Numbered from the stretch's first letter, positions 1-10,031 are shown. The stretch: 58,020 bases of DNA from Alphaproteobacteria bacterium (GCA_030054135.1 JASGCN010000003.1:27758-85777), one strand, 5' to 3'. Notes: generated by a model not told the origin, from the letters alone. Made by a program: numbers and translations.

Positions 1-54
1 TGTTCTCACACTGACGGCGATAGGTCGCGAGTTCGAGCCTCGCCCCCAGCACCA
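1..54 (+). tRNA. 3' part of a tRNA, truncated by the window edge; isotype unresolved (acceptor 3' strand CCCCAGC-A-CCA fits Thr or Leu)
   Basis: T-arm GCGAG-TTCGAGC-CTCGC at 27-43, acceptor strand 44-50, discriminator A51, CCA 52-54. No clean anticodon arm visible. Confidence 0.75.
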
Positions 55-87
55 ACAATTACAATAAAGAAATGGTATTATACTTAT

Positions 88-324
88 ATGAATTTCATTC
101 TATACACAACAAGAGTTTGCCCTTATTGTGAAAAAGTTAAAAAAGTTATAAAAGATGAAGATATAAAAAATATTGAAATAAGAGACGCATCAAATCCAAC
201 TTTTCGTGAAGAACTTATTGAAAAAGGTGGTAAAACACAAGTTCCTTTTTTATGGGATATAAAAAAAGAAGAAGGAATACATGAAAGTGATGATATCATT
301 AAATACCTACGTGCTAATAAATAA
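88..324 (+). CDS. Glutaredoxin-family protein
   Basis: CPYC dithiol, GGKTQVPFL and ESDDII motifs; 78 aa. Confidence 0.9.
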   Translation: MNFILYTTRVCPYCEKVKKVIKDEDIKNIEIRDASNPTFREELIEKGGKTQVPFLWDIKKEEGIHESDDIIKYLRANK

Positions 325-325
325 T

Positions 326-1216
326 CTATTCAAAAAAAGCTTTCACAATTCCCAAGTGTGTGTAAATTGCTTTTTCAATAATATCCTCTTTGGTACGAGC
401 TTGTGGCTCATAAATATATGCATACTCAATAAGTACTGATGGAACAGTTAATGAATTATTAGAGCCGAGTGCAATAAGTGATTGTGCTTCAATAAACCCT
501 CCGCGTTCTATTTTTAAAGAACTTGTAGGAAATGCGCTCATAAAAAGAGAATGTATTTTTTTACCGATATAATAGCTTTTTTCTGAATTGATAAGTTGTT
601 TTTCTGGCACATATATAGAAAAACCAGAATGCCTTCCTTTTTCATTATTGTCATATCTCGGATCACTATTATAATGAAGATGCAATATTAAGTCTATTTT
701 TTCTTCATTTGCCCACTTGTTTATTCCATAGAGTATTTTTGTTGTTCGTGTATTTGCTTTTGTATGCTCAACCGCGATATTTTCTACAATATTTCCTGTA
801 AGTAGTTTTCTTTTTGTATCAGCCCTTTTTTCAATAATAAATGCATTGATGGCATCAGATTCTTTTTCAAAATATTCTTTAAAAGCTTTTGTGTACTCAC
901 CAGTACTACAATCTCTTGTAATATAAACTGTAAATCGCGCATCATGATTAAATTGTTCAATAATTGCTTTTGCAAGTTCACAAGTAAGAACTGCTTCAGT
1001 AATTTCTAAATACTGTGCCCCCACATCAATATTGTCATGCCCAGGAACGATAAGAATATTTTTCTTTGGCCCCAAATATGGTGCGTTGAGGGCATCCTGC
1101 ACCTCAACCCGAAAAGCAATATCTTGTTTTTTTTCTCTTTTTAATTCTTCAATATTGTACCCAACAAGTACGATTGAAACAATCACAAGAAAACTGACCG
1201 CTACTATTTTTTTCAT
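326..1216 (-). CDS. N-acetylmuramoyl-L-alanine amidase (Amidase_3), N-terminally anchored
   Basis: ILIVPGHD...E, LHLHYN and SVLIEYAYI Zn-amidase motifs; hydrophobic N-terminus. Confidence 0.85.
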   Translation of the reverse strand: MKKIVAVSFLVIVSIVLVGYNIEELKREKKQDIAFRVEVQDALNAPYLGPKKNILIVPGHDNIDVGAQYLEITEAVLTCELAKAIIEQFNHDARFTVYITRDCSTGEYTKAFKEYFEKESDAINAFIIEKRADTKRKLLTGNIVENIAVEHTKANTRTTKILYGINKWANEEKIDLILHLHYNSDPRYDNNEKGRHSGFSIYVPEKQLINSEKSYYIGKKIHSLFMSAFPTSSLKIERGGFIEAQSLIALGSNNSLTVPSVLIEYAYIYEPQARTKEDIIEKAIYTHLGIVKAFFE

Positions 1217-1273
1217 ACACCAGTATACAAATTATATATACAAAAAAATAGTTTTACTATATTATTGAGGTAT

Positions 1274-1346
1274 GGGCAGTTAGCTCAGTTGGTAGAGCAT
1301 CTCCTTGACGTGGAGAGGGTCAGGGGTTCAAGTCCCTTACTGCCCA
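1274..1346 (+). tRNA. tRNA-Val(GAC)
   Basis: GGGCAGT/ACTGCCC acceptor, TCTCC-TTGACGT-GGAGA anticodon arm, TTCAAGT T-loop; followed by CCT, so full CCA not encoded. Confidence 0.97.
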
Positions 1347-1365
1347 CCTATTTTTAATATATATA

Positions 1366-3126
1366 TTATCTATCGGGTGTGATTTGGTAATAATCAATTA
1401 AGAAAGATGACAACTTGCCAAACGGTTCTCCGAACACTCGAGATGCGATGAGACCGTTCTCGGGATTTTCAGTGTAAAAAAATATCAAACTGTGAGGATT
1501 TTTTGCTGGGAACCACGCTACATATGTATCGAATACTTTTTCAGTGTCTATTTTTCCGTTTTTGTACGTAACAGCGGTTCCTGTTTTTGCAGAAATGCTG
1601 TAATGTTTTTTTCCGTACAATTGTCCGATGGCAGAATAATCAAATGCTTTTACTAATGTATCATTAACCGCGTCTACGGTTTCTTTACGCAACAACTGCT
1701 CTTTCAAAAAATCTTTATTATGCAATTCATGTATCTCACCTTGGTCTGTTAAAATATACTCCCCGACATACGGAACAATACGAAAACCACCATTAGCAAA
1801 AGGTGCGAATAATCTCACAGCTGAAATTGGACTCAACGCAATACCATGCCCGTACGAAGCAGTAGCGTATTCAATAAATCGCTTGGTGTTTAAATTATTT
1901 ATGTTGTCATATGCTTCATTTGGTAAATCAATACCTGTTTGGTCTCCTATTCTAAAACTAGCAAGAAAGTTTTTATACGAAAGGGCTCCAATGCTTTTCA
2001 TCATTTCTATTGCCCCAGTATTTAATGATTCTTGTATAACAGTTTGATATGTTGTTTCAGGCCCTCTTCCTTTCCCATCAAAATTACGAATTGTGCTTGC
2101 TTCTATTTTGATAAAACCTTTATCATTGTATGTTGTTTGTGCGGTAAAACTTCCTTTCTCCAAACCTATCCCGAAGGTAAACACTTTAAGTACTGACCCT
2201 AATTCAAAAGTATTTTCAATATTCGGATTTCTATACACATTGTAATCTGTTACATCGATATAATTATTTGGGTCAAAATATGGGTACCCCGCCATCGCTC
2301 GTATTGCTCCAGTTTTAGGATTAATAACAATTCCGCCACTTAATTTTGAATTATGATTTTTATGCATCGAAATAATCACCTCTTCTAATTTTTTCTGTAC
2401 ATTAATATCAATTGTTGTCACCAAAGAACCTTGGGGAGTGTTATTTTCAAAATTATTTTTCTTTTCTTTGTTTTGTTTTAAAGTAATATTTTTAAAAATT
2501 TGCGTAAAAGATGCCCCGCTACTGTTCCCTTGTCTGAGGATATGTTCATACGATCGCTCAAGCCCGTATGCGCCACGCAATATTTCTGTTGATACATCAG
2601 GAGCAGCAAACCCCAGCAAATGTGAACCTAGCTCTTTATTGGGGTAGAGTCTAATTGGCTTTTTTTGAAGTTTTATACCAGAAAGCGCATATGTTTTTTT
2701 TACTTCTTTGTAATAATTAAAATCTTCTTGTGTTACATTTTTTATCAATAAATGACTTATTCCTTTTTTGTTAAAATATTCATTAAATTCATTAAAAGAA
2801 ATTTTTAATATACCTTTCAAATTTTCATATATTTCATCTCTGTCTACCACTTGTACAGGGGTAAGCCACAATTCATATCTCTCACCCAGAATTGCCGCTG
2901 GTTCTACACCACCGTATTTATTTTGAAAAAAAATCCAACCTCTCGTAAGTATTGATTGACTCGGAGTAATGGTAGATATCGTTGGGTTGTGTTGAATAAC
3001 TGCTATAGAAAAAACTATACCTAATATAATTATCAATAATCCAAAATAAATACCAAAATAAATATATGGCAATTTATATATTTTTCTCATTTCTTCAAAA
3101 TGAAAATTTTTTGAAAAATCTCCCAT
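1366..3126 (-). CDS. ftsI: Class B penicillin-binding protein (FtsI/PBP3-like)
   Basis: SxxK (GSVLK), SxN (SLN), KTG motifs; TM anchor; in mraZ-rsmH cluster. Start placed at ATG 3126 (TATTAT 5 nt upstream); ORF track extends to 3186. Confidence 0.85.
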   Translation of the reverse strand: MGDFSKNFHFEEMRKIYKLPYIYFGIYFGLLIIILGIVFSIAVIQHNPTISTITPSQSILTRGWIFFQNKYGGVEPAAILGERYELWLTPVQVVDRDEIYENLKGILKISFNEFNEYFNKKGISHLLIKNVTQEDFNYYKEVKKTYALSGIKLQKKPIRLYPNKELGSHLLGFAAPDVSTEILRGAYGLERSYEHILRQGNSSGASFTQIFKNITLKQNKEKKNNFENNTPQGSLVTTIDINVQKKLEEVIISMHKNHNSKLSGGIVINPKTGAIRAMAGYPYFDPNNYIDVTDYNVYRNPNIENTFELGSVLKVFTFGIGLEKGSFTAQTTYNDKGFIKIEASTIRNFDGKGRGPETTYQTVIQESLNTGAIEMMKSIGALSYKNFLASFRIGDQTGIDLPNEAYDNINNLNTKRFIEYATASYGHGIALSPISAVRLFAPFANGGFRIVPYVGEYILTDQGEIHELHNKDFLKEQLLRKETVDAVNDTLVKAFDYSAIGQLYGKKHYSISAKTGTAVTYKNGKIDTEKVFDTYVAWFPAKNPHSLIFFYTENPENGLIASRVFGEPFGKLSSFLIDYYQITPDR

Positions 3127-3142
3127 ACCGTATAATACTTGA

Positions 3143-3481
3143 TTATCTGGTAGACGTTCTGATACTGACTTCTTCAGATTGCCCACTCACAATAAGTTTT
3201 ACAGTAGAATTATTTTCACTTTGTATGCTTGTAAAAACAGTGCGTTCAGTTGATATAAATTTTTTATCCACTTGGTTTGCTTTATTTGAATAATACACAG
3301 CCCCATAAGAAGATGCGTACGAAACAATAATTGCCCCTGTTAAAAAAAGTACAACAACATTTAAAGAAATCGATAACACTGTATCCATTAAAAACTCCTG
3401 TACACGACTTACTTTTTTTGCAATAACACTGGGGCTGAAAAGCATTGTATTATTTGCTATCATTTCTTTTGTTAATTTCAT
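3143..3481 (-). CDS. Small single-TM protein, positional FtsL candidate
   Basis: One TM helix plus short helical C-terminus, between rsmH and ftsI where ftsL normally sits. Confidence 0.5.
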   Translation of the reverse strand: MKLTKEMIANNTMLFSPSVIAKKVSRVQEFLMDTVLSISLNVVVLFLTGAIIVSYASSYGAVYYSNKANQVDKKFISTERTVFTSIQSENNSTVKLIVSGQSEEVSIRTSTR

Positions 3482-4377
3482 ATAGTGTGTACACGAAATG
3501 CCCGCAATGTTGCGCTTCGCGATCTAGGGTTTTTTTTCTGTTCTTGTAAAGATGGATGGGCTACTCGAACAATATAATTTCCTATTCCTTCTTTTTTCCA
3601 CATATGCATATAATCTTTTACCAATCTATCTTCCAAACTGTGGAATGTAATCGTAGCGATTACACCTCCATGTTCAATTTTTTTCAGCACTTCATCGAAA
3701 AATAATTGCATTGATTCTAATTCTTGGTTTACTACCATTCTTAAAGCTTGAAATACTTTTCGAGCTGGATCATTGGTGTAGTATGTGTTACTGTTCTGAA
3801 CTCCAACCGCATGACAAATGATATTTCTTAATTCTCCAGTGGTTGATATTCTTTTCTTTTTTCGAGCTTCTATTATTTTTTTTGCTATAAGCCCAGCCTT
3901 TTTTTCTTCTCCATACACTTGAAATATATTTTTTAATGTATCTTCTTGCCATACATTTACTACTTCTGCTGCTGTTAATTCTGCAGTATTTGAATCAGCG
4001 TATGTCATAAGCAATGGTTCGTTTTTCATATAACTAAACCCTTTCCCTGAATCAAGATCATGACTCCCAAATCCAAAATCAAGTAATATGCCCCCCAAGC
4101 TTTTTGTTTCACACGCTTGGATTGCTTGCGCATATGATGCACATAAATACGATATATTTTTATGCCCATTACAATTCTTTTTTGCAATTTTTATTGCATT
4201 TGGATCAATATCACACCCGATATATGTTTTAGGAGTATACATCGAAAGAAGTGCATTCGCATGCCCGCCAAGTCCAATGGTTCCATCAAACCAGAGAGTT
4301 AAAGGAGCTTGCGCGAATACACTAGTTACCTCTTTCACAAGAACTGGAATATGCTTTATGTTAGTAGTATTAGACAT
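3478..4377 (-). CDS. rsmH: 16S rRNA m4C1402 methyltransferase RsmH
   Basis: HIPVL, DGTIGLGGH, FQALRMVVNQEL, TFHSLEDRLVK, NPRSRSATLR. Confidence 0.97.
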   Translation of the reverse strand: MSNTTNIKHIPVLVKEVTSVFAQAPLTLWFDGTIGLGGHANALLSMYTPKTYIGCDIDPNAIKIAKKNCNGHKNISYLCASYAQAIQACETKSLGGILLDFGFGSHDLDSGKGFSYMKNEPLLMTYADSNTAELTAAEVVNVWQEDTLKNIFQVYGEEKKAGLIAKKIIEARKKKRISTTGELRNIICHAVGVQNSNTYYTNDPARKVFQALRMVVNQELESMQLFFDEVLKKIEHGGVIATITFHSLEDRLVKDYMHMWKKEGIGNYIVRVAHPSLQEQKKNPRSRSATLRAFRVHTI

Positions 4378-4795
4378 GGTTGTGTGTTAATATTGAATCT
4401 TGATTTTTCTCTAACATTTTTTGGTATTCTTTCCATTTTTTTGAATTCCATATTTCTATACGAGATTGCACACCAACCAATGCTACTTCATCTTCAATGT
4501 CTGCAAAAGAGCATAAGTGTTCAGGAATGAGTATTCTCCCCAATGAATCTATTTCAACTTGATCAGCGCCTGTGTACATAAATCTGCTTAAATTACGATT
4601 CTCTGTGCTTTTTGTTGGGTCAGAAGAAATTGTTTCGGTCATTGTATTCCATGCTTCTGGCGCGTACAAAAAAATACATTTATCAATACCCCGCGCAATG
4701 ATGACATTTTTCTTTAATAATTTTCTCATTTTCATTGGCAATGACACACGCCGCTTTGGGTCAAGAATGTGATAGTAAGTTCCGATAAACATCAT
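4370..4795 (-). CDS. mraZ: Transcriptional regulator MraZ
   Basis: MFIGTY, DPKRRVSLP, DSLGRILIP, RIEIW; directly upstream of rsmH. Confidence 0.97.
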   Translation of the reverse strand: MMFIGTYYHILDPKRRVSLPMKMRKLLKKNVIIARGIDKCIFLYAPEAWNTMTETISSDPTKSTENRNLSRFMYTGADQVEIDSLGRILIPEHLCSFADIEDEVALVGVQSRIEIWNSKKWKEYQKMLEKNQDSILTHNHV

Positions 4796-4810
4796 AGTAT
4801 TTTAAGCAGT

Positions 4811-4856
4811 ACCACTTTGTACCACTTAATTCCATTCTATACCACTTCTTCCCACT
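4811..4856 (-). promoter_or_regulatory. MraZ operator: five GTGG-type direct repeats at 10-bp period
   Basis: Plus strand ACCACT 4811, ACCACT 4821, TCCATT 4831, ACCACT 4841, CCCACT 4851, immediately upstream of mraZ. Confidence 0.85.
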
Positions 4857-4876
4857 ATGCAAGTATCTTATACACA

Positions 4877-4907
4877 ACAAAAAAGACCTGCAATAGGTCT
4901 TTTTTGT
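4877..4907. terminator. Intrinsic terminator downstream of greA (T-tracts on both strands)
   Basis: ACAAAAAAGACCT-GCAAT-AGGTCTTTTTTGT perfect inverted repeat. Confidence 0.85.
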
Positions 4908-4925
4908 ACACGAATTAAAATAACG

Positions 4926-5378
4926 TTATTGTATTTTTTTAATAATCATTGTTATCTTTTTATTAGGTAATACTACTTCCACGCTATCCCCTAGTTTTTT
5001 CCCTAATAACGCAAGTGTAATTGGAGCATCATGCAACAGAGGAATTGCATTTTTTATCTTAGGATTTGGATGCCCTATTGCAAAAATCTCAGTTTTCCCA
5101 TTTTTTTCTACTGTCACATATGATCCAATACCTACTATGTTTTTTTCATGACTTTCAGAAACTTCTGATACTTGTAGGATTCGTTCAATTTCTAGAATAC
5201 GATTCTCTAGGTCAGCTTGGTCTTCGCGCGCTGCATCGTATTCAGAATTTTCAGAAAGATCTCCCAATGAACGAGCATGCTGTAAGCGAACAATAATAGC
5301 CGGTCGTTTTATTTCAATGAGTTCTTTTAGCTCAACAGCAAGATCCTTGTACTCATCAGGAGTAATAATTGCTTTCAT
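4926..5378 (-). CDS. greA: Transcription elongation factor GreA
   Basis: GDLSENSEYDAA acidic tip; C-terminal API..ALLGK. Confidence 0.95.
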   Translation of the reverse strand: MKAIITPDEYKDLAVELKELIEIKRPAIIVRLQHARSLGDLSENSEYDAAREDQADLENRILEIERILQVSEVSESHEKNIVGIGSYVTVEKNGKTEIFAIGHPNPKIKNAIPLLHDAPITLALLGKKLGDSVEVVLPNKKITMIIKKIQ

Positions 5379-5415
5379 ACAAAATTATTATAGCACATTT
5401 TTTAAAAAATAATAG

Positions 5416-7083
5416 TTATTGTGGTGATATATATTCAGGAGCCTCTATAAGAATTGTATCAAAAAACAGCCTTGCTGCTGTCGCGGCACCCCCTTCAGTA
5501 CCTGATTCCATTAAGAATACAAATGCATATCGTGGTTTTTCATACGGATAAAATCCTATCACTAATGAGTTTGTTAATCCTTTGGTGTCAATTTGTGCTG
5601 TACCTGATTTAACTGCAATTGAAACATACCCAACATTGAGTGGTGTTGCCGTACCTGTAGTTACTGCATGACGCATTCCTTTATGAACTGCAGTATACCA
5701 ATTATTTGCGTATGGAAGATTTTTTCTTGACCCAATTGTATCTTTTTTAAAATGAGGTTCCACCAATATACCACGAGATGCAATTGATCCTATCGCACGA
5801 AGCAATTGAAGTGGGGTTACTTGCCAGCCGTACTGCCCAATGACAGTGTTATAGGTATCTCCAACTCTCCAAAAATCATTAAATATATCTTCTTTCCATT
5901 TTTGATTTGGCACTACTCCGAATGGCTCAGGAGCAATACCGAGAGAAGTTTGTTTTTCAAAACCAAACAAATGAGATATTTCATATAGTTTGTCTATTCC
6001 CAACCCTCTGAAAGATTCAAATCCACCTCCTACATGATAAAAGAAAATATTTGATGAAAATCCAAGCGCTTCAATCACACTGATGTTCCCTCTCGCACGA
6101 TATTCTTTGTATTTATATGTGATCTTTTTGTCAAATGGAGAAACTATTTCAATATATGGAACACTATTGATTATGGTAGTTGGAGTGATTATTTTTTCAT
6201 GCAAAGCCGCTACAGCGAAAAATGGTTTGATTGAAGACCCTGGTGTGTACAAACCAGAAACAGCCCTATTTAATAAACTTTTTTTCTTACTATGGATTAT
6301 TTTTTCTTTTTCTTTTGAAGATCCATTCGCAAAAATATTTGCATTGTATGATGGATAACTTGCAAGCCCAAGCAATTCACCTGTTTCAATATCCATCAAT
6401 GCTCCAGCGCCTCCCGCAAAATTATTTTGTTCGACGATTGTTCCTGTTGCGCGATATAAAGCGGATTGAATTTTAGAATCAATAGATAAAAATATATCTT
6501 CCCCGTCGATTGGTTTGGTATAAAAAATCTTTTGTTTCACCCCTCCTGACGCATCACGCTCTTGTGCTAAGATTCCAGGAGTTCCTTGTAGAAATTTATT
6601 GTACGCGTACTCAATCCCAGAGGTTCCAACAGTGTGTTCTATGTAATAATACCCAGAAGTATCTTTTTGAGGATACTGCACAGATCCAAGTAAATTGCCG
6701 AATGCCTCTCCAGCGTACACCCGCTTCCCATATGGGTGTTCATCGCTAGAAATGTTTTCAGCAAGCACTATTCCATTTCTATCAAAAATAGTCCCCCGTT
6801 TTGCAAACGCAATTTCTTTTTTGTATATATTTTTATATTCTAATAAATCATAATTACTTCCTTCAATTATTTGTAAGCGATATACCGCATATATGATTGT
6901 TATAAAAAAAAATAAAATTACTGTGACCCCTGTTAATAGATACTTTTTAGAAATAGCATTTGAAACTTTTCCTTCTCCTTGTTTAACATCAAATATTCTT
7001 TTTGCATATGTGTCTGATATTGTTTGTGCAAGTGAAAGGTTTGGTCGTTCGTATTTTTTATTTTTAAAGACTTTAAATATCAT
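5416..7083 (-). CDS. mrdA: Penicillin-binding protein 2
   Basis: RGTIFDRNG, PGSSIK (SxxK), SSN, KSG; downstream of mreBCD. Confidence 0.9.
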   Translation of the reverse strand: MIFKVFKNKKYERPNLSLAQTISDTYAKRIFDVKQGEGKVSNAISKKYLLTGVTVILFFFITIIYAVYRLQIIEGSNYDLLEYKNIYKKEIAFAKRGTIFDRNGIVLAENISSDEHPYGKRVYAGEAFGNLLGSVQYPQKDTSGYYYIEHTVGTSGIEYAYNKFLQGTPGILAQERDASGGVKQKIFYTKPIDGEDIFLSIDSKIQSALYRATGTIVEQNNFAGGAGALMDIETGELLGLASYPSYNANIFANGSSKEKEKIIHSKKKSLLNRAVSGLYTPGSSIKPFFAVAALHEKIITPTTIINSVPYIEIVSPFDKKITYKYKEYRARGNISVIEALGFSSNIFFYHVGGGFESFRGLGIDKLYEISHLFGFEKQTSLGIAPEPFGVVPNQKWKEDIFNDFWRVGDTYNTVIGQYGWQVTPLQLLRAIGSIASRGILVEPHFKKDTIGSRKNLPYANNWYTAVHKGMRHAVTTGTATPLNVGYVSIAVKSGTAQIDTKGLTNSLVIGFYPYEKPRYAFVFLMESGTEGGAATAARLFFDTILIEAPEYISPQ

Positions 7084-7370
7084 ATAATTCTTTGTTTATG
7101 AAAGATGTAGAATATGAATGGTACCCCCCACACATATATATATTCATACTTAAATATAAAAAACCAAGATTCAATTAAAAAAGAAAATGGCTCGTGTATT
7201 GAAAATGCAATTAATGATATAAAAAAAGAAGACCATACATTTCCAAACCATATTCCCACTACAACAAATAGGAATAGGAATATTTTTGGAAAAAATAAAA
7301 TAACCCATACACCGAATAAAATAAACAATACCCGCTCTAGAATAAAAGAAAAAAAAATCGTGCTGCTCAT
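7080..7370 (-). CDS. Small hydrophobic membrane protein, positional MreD candidate
   Basis: About 96 aa, almost all hydrophobic, between mreC and mrdA; start reset to ATG 7370 just after the mreC stop. Confidence 0.55.
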   Translation of the reverse strand: MSSTIFFSFILERVLFILFGVWVILFFPKIFLFLFVVVGIWFGNVWSSFFISLIAFSIHEPFSFLIESWFFIFKYEYIYVWGVPFIFYIFHKQRII

Positions 7371-7371
7371 A

Positions 7372-7974
7372 TTATTTTTTCGTGTATACATACCCATCCA
7401 AAAAAGGATTAAAATCAATTGCAACCACGAGTATTTGTTCTGTACTTTGATTTGTTGGCAAAATTTCTTCCACAGTACCAATTAAAAGTCCTGTTTCTTG
7501 CTCATACACTGGGTCACCTCTTTCAAAAGAAATTGCTCGAGGAACAATTACATACACAATACCCCCGCCCTTTGGTATTCCAATAAAACTTTTTTCTCTA
7601 ACCCCAACGTAAAATGATGTTCTTTCAGATGAAAGAAGAGAGACCAATGCTTTATTAGTGCCTTCAACATAACTTATAAATCCAATCAAACGCCCTCGAT
7701 TACTTAGCACAGGTTTTTTTGAATACAATGCATGTGCGATATCACTATAGACAATAACACTATCATCTTTTATTTGTGGCGGACGGAGCAATACACGCAA
7801 CAAAAAATACTCCCCAGATATTGTTTCAATTTTTGTTGGTTCTCCATCGAAATTTTTTACTTCTTCAAAAAATTTTAATGCTGGCCAAAACCATACTTTT
7901 GGTATAAAAAATAAAAAAATACTAGCCACAATTAAAATAACAAAAATAAACACTCGTGTTGATAAAATTTTCAT
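7372..7974 (-). CDS. mreC: Rod shape-determining protein MreC-like
   Basis: N-terminal TM, VLLRPP, LIGFI, G.GGG, LLIGTV beta-rich domain; follows mreB. Confidence 0.75.
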   Translation of the reverse strand: MKILSTRVFIFVILIVASIFLFFIPKVWFWPALKFFEEVKNFDGEPTKIETISGEYFLLRVLLRPPQIKDDSVIVYSDIAHALYSKKPVLSNRGRLIGFISYVEGTNKALVSLLSSERTSFYVGVREKSFIGIPKGGGIVYVIVPRAISFERGDPVYEQETGLLIGTVEEILPTNQSTEQILVVAIDFNPFLDGYVYTKK

Positions 7975-7980
7975 ATACTA

Positions 7981-9171
7981 TTAAGAAATAGTGCTAGGCG
8001 CCGACACATACTCCTTGTAACGTTCAGGATCTTGGAGTATTCGTGTTAACCCTTGTGCGACTATTGTTGATGGGTGATCAACAGTAACGATTTCCGTGTG
8101 CAGTGTTAATTCGAGTAATTTTTTTATACCGGCTACATGAGACCCTCCACCTATCAAAAAAACTGCTTGTTCTTGAATATCCGCTTGAACTTCAGCAGGA
8201 GCAGTATTTATAAATTGTGCGATGTCTCGAACAATTTCTTTAACCAGTGGATATAATAATTTTTGTACTTCATGAGCGCGCATATCTATTTCTAATGGAA
8301 GACCGGTTTCAGTACTTTTCCCTCTAACAATAAACCGCTTTGTTTGGGAGTGCTCTTGCATAACGGCAATTTTTAAATCTTCAACTGTACGAGATCCTAT
8401 CAAAATCGCGTATTTATCACGAAGTGATTTTTGCAATAACACATTAAAATCATTTCCTGCTTTTGGAATTGAAATTTGTTGTAGTATTTCTCCTCCTGAG
8501 GTTATAACTGAAGACGTTATCCCCCCACCAATATCAATAACACAGTACGAATGAGGCGCCCAAATGTCTACACCAAGCCCTATAAGAGCTGCTATACCGC
8601 TATGCACACATGCTATATTTCTTGCTCCCGCGCTTATAAGAGCATCGTGATATGCTTGTAATTCTATAGATCGTATTGCTGGAGGCACAGAAGCGATGAC
8701 AAATGGCCCAATATACTTTGGAGATAAAATATTTGCTTGCCGAAGGATATGAGCGAGCATTTGTTCTGCAATGGAGAAATCTGCAAGTACCCCTCTTTTA
8801 ATTGGCTCAATCACAGAAAGATTCAAAGGAGTTCTCCCTGTCATTCGTTTTGACTCATTCCCAATTGAAATTATTTGCTTGGTATCGTTATTGATTGTTG
8901 CTGTACTTGTTTCTTTCATAATACATTCACTTCCATTAAGAAAGGCTAATGTTTTTGTTGACCCAAAATCAATTGCAATAGTATTGCTAAATCTTGCAAT
9001 AAAAGTTTCGAGCCACGTTTTTTTTGAGTGCATTTGTTCTTTTTGATATGAATGTGTATTAGAGTTATGTGGGAAAGAAGTATCTGTCAATGGTGTTGAT
9101 TCATTTACAAAAAAATTTTGAATTGAGTCTTCCAAAAAATCTATTTTTTCTTGAGGAATTGTCTTTTTCAT
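7981..9171 (-). CDS. mreB: Rod shape-determining protein MreB (divergent)
   Basis: IAIDFGS, GRTP..L.VIEPIKRGVLADF, IDIGGG, IGSRTVEDLK, GLP, LIGGGS; mreC-mreD-mrdA follow. Confidence 0.9.
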   Translation of the reverse strand: MKKTIPQEKIDFLEDSIQNFFVNESTPLTDTSFPHNSNTHSYQKEQMHSKKTWLETFIARFSNTIAIDFGSTKTLAFLNGSECIMKETSTATINNDTKQIISIGNESKRMTGRTPLNLSVIEPIKRGVLADFSIAEQMLAHILRQANILSPKYIGPFVIASVPPAIRSIELQAYHDALISAGARNIACVHSGIAALIGLGVDIWAPHSYCVIDIGGGITSSVITSGGEILQQISIPKAGNDFNVLLQKSLRDKYAILIGSRTVEDLKIAVMQEHSQTKRFIVRGKSTETGLPLEIDMRAHEVQKLLYPLVKEIVRDIAQFINTAPAEVQADIQEQAVFLIGGGSHVAGIKKLLELTLHTEIVTVDHPSTIVAQGLTRILQDPERYKEYVSAPSTIS

Positions 9172-9722
9172 ACAATAGTAATTGATTCATTTTTTTCTTT
9201 TGTAATTTTAGCCAAATCATCATTTGCGGCATCTACATATGTTTGCATGTCTTTAATTAAAGATCGTTCTGTATCTTCAGACAAAACACCATCTACTTTC
9301 ATTTTTTTTATTTCTTGTAAAGTTTTTTCACGCAACTGACGAACAGAAATACGAGCATCTTCATGTTTTTGATGAACGATTTTTTTAATTTCTTCTTTTC
9401 TCTCTGAAGTAAGCATTGGTGCAGTACAGCGAATTATTGACCCACTCACTGAAACAGAAAATCCAAATTCAGACTCTTTCACGGATTGTTCAATGTCTCG
9501 CAAAAGAGTATGATCCCACGGGGAAATAACCAATGTCATTGGCCCTTCTGAATTGATGGTCGCCACCTGAGAAACTGGCATTATACTTCCATAACTTGAA
9601 ACAAAAACAGTATCTAGTAACGCAGGAGTCACTCTTCCTGTATTAAGTTTTTGAAGCACACCGCTATAATGCTCCTTATTTTTTTTTAAAGATTCTTGAA
9701 ATGATTTGAATGAATACGCCAT
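9168..9722 (-). CDS. frr: Ribosome recycling factor
   Basis: TGRVTPALLD, SPWD, PMLTSERK, ARISVRQLR. Confidence 0.95.
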   Translation of the reverse strand: MAYSFKSFQESLKKNKEHYSGVLQKLNTGRVTPALLDTVFVSSYGSIMPVSQVATINSEGPMTLVISPWDHTLLRDIEQSVKESEFGFSVSVSGSIIRCTAPMLTSERKEEIKKIVHQKHEDARISVRQLREKTLQEIKKMKVDGVLSEDTERSLIKDMQTYVDAANDDLAKITKEKNESITIV

Positions 9723-9762
9723 ACATCTATATCTCTAGTGTACAATAAAAACAAAATGCTGG

Positions 9763-10026
9763 CTACGGTGAAACTTCTACTGACAAATTAACTCTCAATC
9801 CTTGTGCCCCAGCGTACGCATGGAGACATGTCCGCAATGCTTGCACCGTTCTACCCTTTGCCCCTAATATGCGACCAACAAATTCTTCTTTAACAAAAAT
9901 AATAGTTTGTAAATTGCCATCAACTTCAGTTATTTCAACTTTAAAAGAGTCTTCAGGAATGATCCCTGTACAAATATTTTTTACATAGGTGAGAAGTGTT
10001 TTTTCTACTTCAGAGTCTTTCAACAT
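9763..10026 (-). CDS. khpA: KH-domain RNA-binding protein (KhpA/YlqC-like)
   Basis: GRILGAKGRTVQALR KH motif; follows rpsP. Confidence 0.85.
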   Translation of the reverse strand: MLKDSEVEKTLLTYVKNICTGIIPEDSFKVEITEVDGNLQTIIFVKEEFVGRILGAKGRTVQALRTCLHAYAGAQGLRVNLSVEVSP

Positions 10027-10031
10027 ATAGC

